Below are positions 57,739-64,000 of a stretch of DNA of 64,000 nucleotides, in pieces (the first letter of the stretch is position 1; every line of letters begins with the position of its first letter). The notes under the pieces were generated by a model. The model did not search any database. It saw only the letters and a program-made list of their open reading frames with translations, and had not been told where the DNA came from. A program made the translations under genes and the position numbers. The stretch is from an uncultured Pseudomonadota bacterium (GTDB taxonomy: Bacteria > Oederibacteriota > Muellerivitia > Muellerivitales > Muellerivitaceae), in assembly GCA_963843375.1 (NCBI GenBank), contig CAWJKT010000001.1, positions 32,001 to 96,000 on the forward strand. Reading direction: 5' to 3'.

Positions 57739-58353
57739 CTATAATTCTTGCTTTGCTTGCTTCTTCAAATCCTTTTCCCGGATGGTCACAAGGCATGAAA
57801 CGGATTTTAAAAATGGTTTTTTCCCTAATTTAGCGTCACCGATACTAAATTCCAGCACACGGATCTCAACGTCAAAACCGGGGTAATGAATTATTCTCAG
57901 AGCGCTACGATCCTTTGGGATTCCAGGGCCGGCTTTTAGAGGCCTGGGCCCGAAATTATCATCGGTCCTAAAATCCATAGCGGAAAGCTCCCTTAGCGTT
58001 GGAACATCCTCCGCTTCTAGGGATTCCAAAAGATTTTGGTCCTCCTCATCTTTTGAAAAGGCGAACATATAACCTGCGGTACCGTTCTCTCCTGTTTCGG
58101 TAGTGACTTGAAGGTACAAGTCGTCCCAGACCTTGCTGTAAAACCTGGTTTCGTCCCCCGAGGGAAGGGCGGGCAGACCGTCGGCTTTGTCACCCTTGAA
58201 GACAAGGTAGATAGAAACGACCCGCAAGTGGTCATGAGGCCCGGTATGATCGAACTTTCCGATGACACGATTGTCGTCATCGGCCCGAGCAAAATCCGCT
58301 AGTCCGGCGAGAAGAACTGATATAGCTATCCAAATTAAAGCCTTTGTTTTCAT
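57739..58353 (-). CDS. Secreted hypothetical protein
   Basis: ATG 58353 with SD AAGGAGG; signal peptide ending ARA. Confidence 0.75.
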   Translation of the reverse strand: MKTKALIWIAISVLLAGLADFARADDDNRVIGKFDHTGPHDHLRVVSIYLVFKGDKADGLPALPSGDETRFYSKVWDDLYLQVTTETGENGTAGYMFAFSKDEEDQNLLESLEAEDVPTLRELSAMDFRTDDNFGPRPLKAGPGIPKDRSALRIIHYPGFDVEIRVLEFSIGDAKLGKKPFLKSVSCLVTIREKDLKKQAKQEL

Positions 58354-58364
58354 GACATCCTCCT

Positions 58365-58628
58365 TCACTTTCTGGATCTGGAAAACACAAAGGATCTTAA
58401 AACAATCAAAAATAGGACCGCTCCGACGACCGACATTGCCAGCGCGCCGAAAAAACCGCCAATTCGGATATCCAACTCGTTAGCCAGGAATCCACCGATA
58501 AAAGCGCCCAAAATTCCTACGGCCATATCCCGAATGATTCCCATCCCGCGGCCTTGAACCAAGACACTAGACACCCAGCCCGTAAAAAGCCCTACAATCA
58601 AGTACCACAATAGATCATGTCCATTCAT
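58365..58628 (-). CDS. GlsB/YeaQ/YmgE (transglycosylase-associated) stress membrane protein
   Basis: IVGL..GW.....G.G...D..VGILGAFIGG.L...VVGAV. Confidence 0.9.
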   Translation of the reverse strand: MNGHDLLWYLIVGLFTGWVSSVLVQGRGMGIIRDMAVGILGAFIGGFLANELDIRIGGFFGALAMSVVGAVLFLIVLRSFVFSRSRK

Positions 58629-58657
58629 GGCTTCCTCCTTATTACTTTTTAGGTTGG

Positions 58658-59164
58658 TTAAAAATAATAGTGAGCTCCCAATTCCGGATACAGATTAAAA
58701 GTAGCCCCGCCACTATAAAACCAAAGGGTGGGCACCACTTGAAGGTAAATGTCCATTGGGACATTTTTCTTGTCGAAGATATAAGACAGCCCAACGGGAA
58801 GCCGGGCCGCCAGTGCCGTAGGGTTTTGCAGGGAAAGATTGCCCCCTACGCCGATATAAAAAGGCATCTCGCCGTCAGTGTTTTTCAGGTGGATGAGGTG
58901 AAAATCGTGCCATAAATAATCCAACTGCAACAAGGCTGCACCGCCTGGCAGCTTCACCGCCCCCTGAAAGGCATTTTCCTGATCAATCCAAAACTTGCCA
59001 GTGATTCCCCAAGTCCCAGGGTCACCGAGTTCCAAGCCTAAACCAAAGTTGCCCCCATCTTGCGTGGGATTGTAGGTCCCTCCCCAACTTAGGGATGATG
59101 GCCCTAAAACCAAAACAACCATTACGAAGCCAACTCTCAGCTGTCTTTTGCAGTTTAAAAGCAT
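58658..59164 (-). CDS. Small outer-membrane beta-barrel protein
   Basis: FGLGLELG.P..GIT.KFW, DYLWH, FYIGVGG, ARLPVG, terminal YYF. Confidence 0.78.
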   Translation of the reverse strand: MLLNCKRQLRVGFVMVVLVLGPSSLSWGGTYNPTQDGGNFGLGLELGDPGTWGITGKFWIDQENAFQGAVKLPGGAALLQLDYLWHDFHLIHLKNTDGEMPFYIGVGGNLSLQNPTALAARLPVGLSYIFDKKNVPMDIYLQVVPTLWFYSGGATFNLYPELGAHYYF

Positions 59165-60099
59165 AAAGCCCCCTTTTGGCTAATTCGGTTGTAAAAGGTT
59201 CTTCTTTTTGCCTCCAAAATTTATTTCTTTTTACTATTTTTATGAAAGGTAAATTAAAAATTAAAGGGACGAAATGTAAAACTCCGTTTCCTCGTTTACC
59301 TTTTTAACGATTGGTCTAATTTATGCTTGGCGGTTTTATATTTAATTACATTGAATTGTCACCCGAGGAATGGAAAAGAGGTAAACGAAATGGGCCCCGA
59401 TAAATAAAATAAATATTATTAAAATTATTTTTATTCAATCGAAATTGGAATTCAAAGCTGGCGGTGAAAATCTAAAATTAAATTGGAAAAGATTAATTGC
59501 CGGCTTGTTAACGACCTAGGAAATCCGACCTCAATTTCTTTTCCTCAATGCCGAGATGATCGTTTCGGTTTTCGAAATTCCTTCTTGAATAAAATTAACA
59601 ATGGATTTTTTCGACCCAATTCTTTTTTGTTTATAACTGTTAATTGGTTTTAAAAACAAGGAAAACAATTAACTTTAAGGAATAATTTTTTGGTGCTTTT
59701 TCCGAATATTAATATTTAAGCCCAAAGAATTGTTTTCCATTGCTTTCTGCGGTTTGCCGATTAAGGACGTAAAGAAGATGTTGTGTAACATTCTTTTTAA
59801 TTCACCTGCTGAAGGCTAAGAAGGCAATCAAATCAGCTTCAGAGACGGTTGAAACTCTTAATAAAATCAACATTTATATTATCCAACGAGACTCCATGAC
59901 TTTTGATTTTTGATTTATTAATAAAAATAACATTTGCGCTTAGTTCTTTTAAGTCGGCATAGTTTTAAATCTTTGATGGTGTTGTCCTGATTCCGCAGGA
60001 CGGTAGGAATTCATCTTGATGGAAATAAAAATCGATAAAACGAGTAGCGATATAATTTAATTGTCAGCCGATCACAAAGTTGCTTGGGGAGCGTTTAAA

Positions 60100-62199
60100 A
60101 TGATGGAACTCCTTGAAAAAGTAAATATCCTCCATGTAGAAGACAATCCGGGCGACACCATCCTATTAAACGCTGAACTTTTGGATACCCTTAATGACTT
60201 TCCCGAACACAAAAGCGAAATGCCCCATTGGGAAATTACCCGGGCAAAAAACTGCGCCGAAGCCAAGTCGAAATTAAATCAGGGAAAATTTCACGTTGTC
60301 ATTTTAGATTTGGGTCTGCCCGACGGATCGGGTTTGGAGGCCCTTCGGCAGATCGCTTCCGCGGCTCCGGATTTGCCCATTATCGTCCTGTCGGGAAGGA
60401 TTGAACCTAAAGCAGCCGTAGAATCGATCCAGGGAGGAGCCCAGGATTACTTGGTAAAAGGCCAGACTAGCGGATTCCAAATATGGCGGACCATTCGTTT
60501 TGCTCTGGAACGCCAAAATGTTCGAAATCGCGAAACCGAAGTGCTTGGTCAGAGCCAGGAAGGTTTTAAGTCCCTCATGGACATTTCCATCGATGGAGTG
60601 GCTGTGTTCAGGGATGGTGTCATCCGGGCCTCTAACTCGGCTTTTGAAAAGATGTTGGATTACGGACCGGATGAAATGATTGGGCAGCCTATCACCAGCT
60701 TATGTGATCCCGAATACCGTTCTTATTTTCAGTCGCAGATTGAACGGGGATCACAAACATCCATGGTGGTTTATGGAAAAAAGAAGGGAGGAGTTTCCCT
60801 GAACCTGGAATTCACGGTCAAACCCTGCCTGTTCGAAGGTTATCCAGCCCAAATTTTATATGTCCGTGACGTTACCGAGCACAAGAAGCAGGAAGAAATC
60901 ATTTATCAGCAGGCTTACATGGATCCCGGAACGGGCATGCCCAACCGGTATCTCTTTTTCGACCGCTTGAACGTGGCCATTCAACAAGCTGACCGTGTCG
61001 GGGGTAAAGTGGGCTTGATGTTCCTGGACTTGGACCGTTTCAAACTTATCAACGACACATTAGGCCATCACGTTGGAGACGAACTTATAAAGGCTGTCGC
61101 CTTGCGGTTGGAAAGTGTGATTCGCAAGAGCGACACCATTGCTCGTCTAGGCGGAGACGAATTCACCATTCTTGTAAACGATGTCCAGGGTCTCGAGGAA
61201 GTTTCCCAACTCGCACGCAAGATTCTGGGGGTGATGGCCAAGCCCTTCCAACTGCAGCGCCACGAACTACATATCTCCGTAAGTATCGGTATCAGTATTT
61301 ATCCCGATGACGCCCCCGACGCCGGAAGCCTTGTCCAGCGATCGGATATTGCCATGTACCAGGCTAAAGAAAAGGGTCGTAATAATTTCCAGGTCTATCA
61401 CTCTTCCATGCACATCAGTACCCTGGACCGACTTGAGTTGGAAAACAACCTTTTCAAAGCCATGGATAACAACGAATTTGACCTTTTTTACCAGCCCCAG
61501 GTGGAATTGGCGACTGGTCAGATTGTGGGCATGGAAGCGCTCCTCAGGTGGAATCATCCCACTCGCGGTTCCATCCCTCCATCCGATTTTGTGCCTCTAG
61601 CCGAGGAGACTGGCCTTATTATTCCCCTGGGCCAATGGGTCATCCAAAAAGCCTGTGCCCAAGCAAAAGCCTGGCAGCACCAAGGAATTAAGCCCGTGCG
61701 GGTTTCGGTAAATCTTTCGGCCGTCCAGTTTCTCAAGCACACTTTGCCTTTCCTGATCGACAAGATTCTGAAGGATGTCGGCTTGGAATCCGAATATCTT
61801 GAATTCGAGATCACGGAAAGTGTGGCTATGCGAAATCCCGCGTTCACACTTGCGGTTTTAAGGGAGTTTACGGAAGTCATTAAAGTGCGCATCGCCTTAG
61901 ACGATTTCGGCATCGCTTACTCCTCACTCGGTTATCTTAAAAATTTCCCCATTCATTGCCTGAAGATTGACAAGTCCTTTATTACGGGGTTGGGTCAGGG
62001 AAAAAAGGACGAAGCCATCGTGACCGCCATCATTGTTTTGGCAAAAAATTTGGGGTTGGAAGTTATTGCGGAAGGAGTGGAAACAAAGACCCAGATGGAT
62101 TTTTTAAAACAACAGGGAGATATTATCATTCAGGGATATTTTGTAAGCCCGCCCCTTTCGGCACAAGAAATGGAAGGACTTCTGCGAAAGCAAGGTTGA
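60100..62199 (+). CDS. REC-PAS-GGDEF-EAL diguanylate cyclase/phosphodiesterase
   Basis: REC (ED, DLGLPD), PAS, RKSD I-site, GGDEF, EALLR, DDFG, AEGVE. Confidence 0.96.
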   Translation: MMELLEKVNILHVEDNPGDTILLNAELLDTLNDFPEHKSEMPHWEITRAKNCAEAKSKLNQGKFHVVILDLGLPDGSGLEALRQIASAAPDLPIIVLSGRIEPKAAVESIQGGAQDYLVKGQTSGFQIWRTIRFALERQNVRNRETEVLGQSQEGFKSLMDISIDGVAVFRDGVIRASNSAFEKMLDYGPDEMIGQPITSLCDPEYRSYFQSQIERGSQTSMVVYGKKKGGVSLNLEFTVKPCLFEGYPAQILYVRDVTEHKKQEEIIYQQAYMDPGTGMPNRYLFFDRLNVAIQQADRVGGKVGLMFLDLDRFKLINDTLGHHVGDELIKAVALRLESVIRKSDTIARLGGDEFTILVNDVQGLEEVSQLARKILGVMAKPFQLQRHELHISVSIGISIYPDDAPDAGSLVQRSDIAMYQAKEKGRNNFQVYHSSMHISTLDRLELENNLFKAMDNNEFDLFYQPQVELATGQIVGMEALLRWNHPTRGSIPPSDFVPLAEETGLIIPLGQWVIQKACAQAKAWQHQGIKPVRVSVNLSAVQFLKHTLPFLIDKILKDVGLESEYLEFEITESVAMRNPAFTLAVLREFTEVIKVRIALDDFGIAYSSLGYLKNFPIHCLKIDKSFITGLGQGKKDEAIVTAIIVLAKNLGLEVIAEGVETKTQMDFLKQQGDIIIQGYFVSPPLSAQEMEGLLRKQG

Positions 62200-62204
62200 C
62201 GGGG

Positions 62205-62651
62205 TTAGGAGGAGATGTTTTTGAGCCAGGATTCTTGAATGCTTTTCACCAGGGAAGGGTAGCTGTCGAGTTCAGCCGGCTTGAGGAAGTAGCTATTGGC
62301 GTGGTTCAGGCCAGCCTTCGACCTGTCCTGCTCATTGGTGGAACTCGTTAGGATCATGACGGGTATATGCTTCAAACCGGGATCTCTTTTGATTTCGGCC
62401 AAGACTTCATGGCCGTCCATTTTGGGCAGGTTCAGGTCCAGCAGGATAAAGTCCGGGTCCTGCTTGGCGGTGAAACATAACGAATGGCGAAGGAAGTTTA
62501 AGGCTTCCTCTCCATCGTAGGCTACGCACATTTGGACGGGAAAGGTGAATTCTTTCAGGTGCTCTTTCATGAGGAAGACGTCGGATTGGTTGTCCTCCAC
62601 CATGAGAACCTTGATCGACTTTTCTGGGTTTAAAGCTTGAGCCTTCGTCAT
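62205..62651 (-). CDS. Single-domain response regulator (Rcp1-like)
   Basis: VEDN, PDFILLDLNLPKMDG, LTSS, KP. Confidence 0.92.
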   Translation of the reverse strand: MTKAQALNPEKSIKVLMVEDNQSDVFLMKEHLKEFTFPVQMCVAYDGEEALNFLRHSLCFTAKQDPDFILLDLNLPKMDGHEVLAEIKRDPGLKHIPVMILTSSTNEQDRSKAGLNHANSYFLKPAELDSYPSLVKSIQESWLKNISS

Positions 62652-62863
62652 TTTTCCTCCGGGTTTGTTTTTAGGAATGGGAGTAAGGGTTGGGAAACGT
62701 ATTGAAATCTACTCTAGTTCCGTTTTTTGTTTTTGAAAATATTATTCCGCGGAAATTTGGACAAACCTTTTCCCTGAACTTAACGCGGGGAGTTGACTTT
62801 CCCCCGGAATTGTCTTTTGGAAGGTTGGGCAAGGTATTAAACAAGTATCGAAAGGACTGAAAA

Positions 62864-63310
62864 ATGTTAAGTAAGATCAAAATCGCCGGCAGAGCTCTTG
62901 AAATTCTTCACATTGAAGACAATCCGGGGGACGCGACCCTTTTGAAAGAGGTGATAAAGAAGTCGGGGTTTCCCGCCCGCTTGAATCGAGTAGCGGACGG
63001 TGAGGAAGCTTTCGCTTTTCTCAGCAGGCGCGGCCTCCTTTTGGAAGCTCCATTGCCGGATGTAATCCTGTTGGATATAAAACTTCCCAAAAAAGACGGA
63101 CTGACGATCCTCAATGAAATCAGGCAAAACCCCGCATGGCAGTCGTTGCCAGTCATCATCCTAACCTGTTCCTACAGTGAACTGGATATCTCCTGGGCCC
63201 AGCGTTACAACGTCAACCATTACTTGATCAAACCCTCTGAGATTGATGAGTTCCGCGTGTTAGTCAAACTCCTGCGCGAATATTGGATCAAGACTTTCCA
63301 AAAACGATAG
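62864..63310 (+). CDS. Single-domain response regulator (Rcp1-like)
   Basis: IEDNPGD, PDVILLDIKLPKKDG, LT.S, KP. Confidence 0.9.
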   Translation: MLSKIKIAGRALEILHIEDNPGDATLLKEVIKKSGFPARLNRVADGEEAFAFLSRRGLLLEAPLPDVILLDIKLPKKDGLTILNEIRQNPAWQSLPVIILTCSYSELDISWAQRYNVNHYLIKPSEIDEFRVLVKLLREYWIKTFQKR

Positions 63311-63396
63311 CGGGCCTAGCCCGACTGAACTTTTGCATCTTTTCCCAAGGCCTTCTGAGAAGTTCATATGGAATATGCAGAATATCGGAGAAAAAC

Positions 63397-64000
63397 ATGA
63401 GAACATTCCATTCGCTTTTTCAATCCGTTTGTCCGGGCCGGTGCGAGGGGCTGAAAACAACGATAAGGCGAGATCGGTTCAAACTTTTTGGAATGTTTAT
63501 GATGGGTTTTTTGGCCTTCCAGGGGACAATCGAAAAGCTATTCGCCCTTCCCCCGCTTCCTATTCCAACCCAATTACCCGTTGATAACCCTTTAATTCAG
63601 CCTCAACAAAACCTTGTCGCGGATACGAGGATTCAAACTTCCTTAAGCCTCCAGCTCTTGAACCTGTTGGCCGGGGAAAACACCGGGATGGAAGGCCCCG
63701 GATCCTCCGACCTGATTTATTCCATTATGGCGCCCCTGTCTTATAACTCCAATCCGGGACTAGCGAGTGGATCCTCCGTACCGGCTTGGAACTTTGATCC
63801 CCAAGTCGAAATGCTTCATTCGGGTCCCCTGGCTAGTGATTTACTTTTGACCGCGTTCCTGGAGGCCGATACCTCCATTTATCCTGAGAATTCTGGATAC
63901 AATCAAGACACTCTTTCGGGCGAATTCCAGATCAATTTTACGGACAAAGGAATTCATTTTAAATCCGCTCCCTTTGTGGCCTATAAATCCTCATTTGCGG
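63397..64000 (+). CDS. Exported, possibly outer-membrane hypothetical protein, truncated by window end
   Basis: ATG 63397 after GGAG; frame open to the window end; hydrophobic signal-like segment then YNSNP and beta-strand-like pattern. Confidence 0.65.
   Translation, partial: MRTFHSLFQSVCPGRCEGLKTTIRRDRFKLFGMFMMGFLAFQGTIEKLFALPPLPIPTQLPVDNPLIQPQQNLVADTRIQTSLSLQLLNLLAGENTGMEGPGSSDLIYSIMAPLSYNSNPGLASGSSVPAWNFDPQVEMLHSGPLASDLLLTAFLEADTSIYPENSGYNQDTLSGEFQINFTDKGIHFKSAPFVAYKSSFA

Noticed and set aside
59720..59760. Minus-strand GGCAAACC-GCA-GAAA resembling a c-di-GMP-I riboswitch near the GGDEF-EAL gene
   Set aside because: Stem around GAAA does not pair and the GGACGCAAAG receptor and P1 are missing
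63333..63584. ORF-track call 63333-63584
   Set aside because: The frame starting at ATG 63397 has an SD and stays open to the window end, so it is the better candidate

Overview
Bacterial chromosomal window from a diderm (porins, TolC, lipoproteins). The many Pro/Thr-stalked lipoproteins and a T9SS-like C-terminal tail suggest an FCB-adjacent or candidate phylum, but this is inference only. The core order ispE - tRNA-Gln(TTG) ... glmU-prs-rplY-pth is separated by about 21 kb of accessory DNA. That stretch begins at the tRNA 3' end with a truncated tyrosine integrase and arm-type repeats, then a stand-alone S53 pro-domain and a decayed UDG-like gene. It continues with a coherent candidate extracellular DNA/organophosphate-scavenging locus: a ComEA-like HhH protein, putative Pho boxes, an OprO/P-type porin, two lipoproteins carrying three copies of one uncharacterised ~260-aa domain, an ASMase-like phosphodiesterase, an FG-GAP protein and a YncE/phosphoesterase. 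After pth come an unannotated relE remnant and an ECF sigma/anti-sigma/Spy-like/TolC/RND/RND operon. This operon has no membrane-fusion protein, a probable ATT start on the sigma gene and two matching ECF promoters. The rest holds a GH2, an NHL protein, an orphan NtrC-type regulator near a sigma54-like promoter, HU/IHF, SpoIID, GGCT, GrpB and a c-di-GMP/REC signalling cluster. Three single-base frameshifts (one in ispE) are probably assembly errors. No CRISPR array, rRNA or intact IS was seen.
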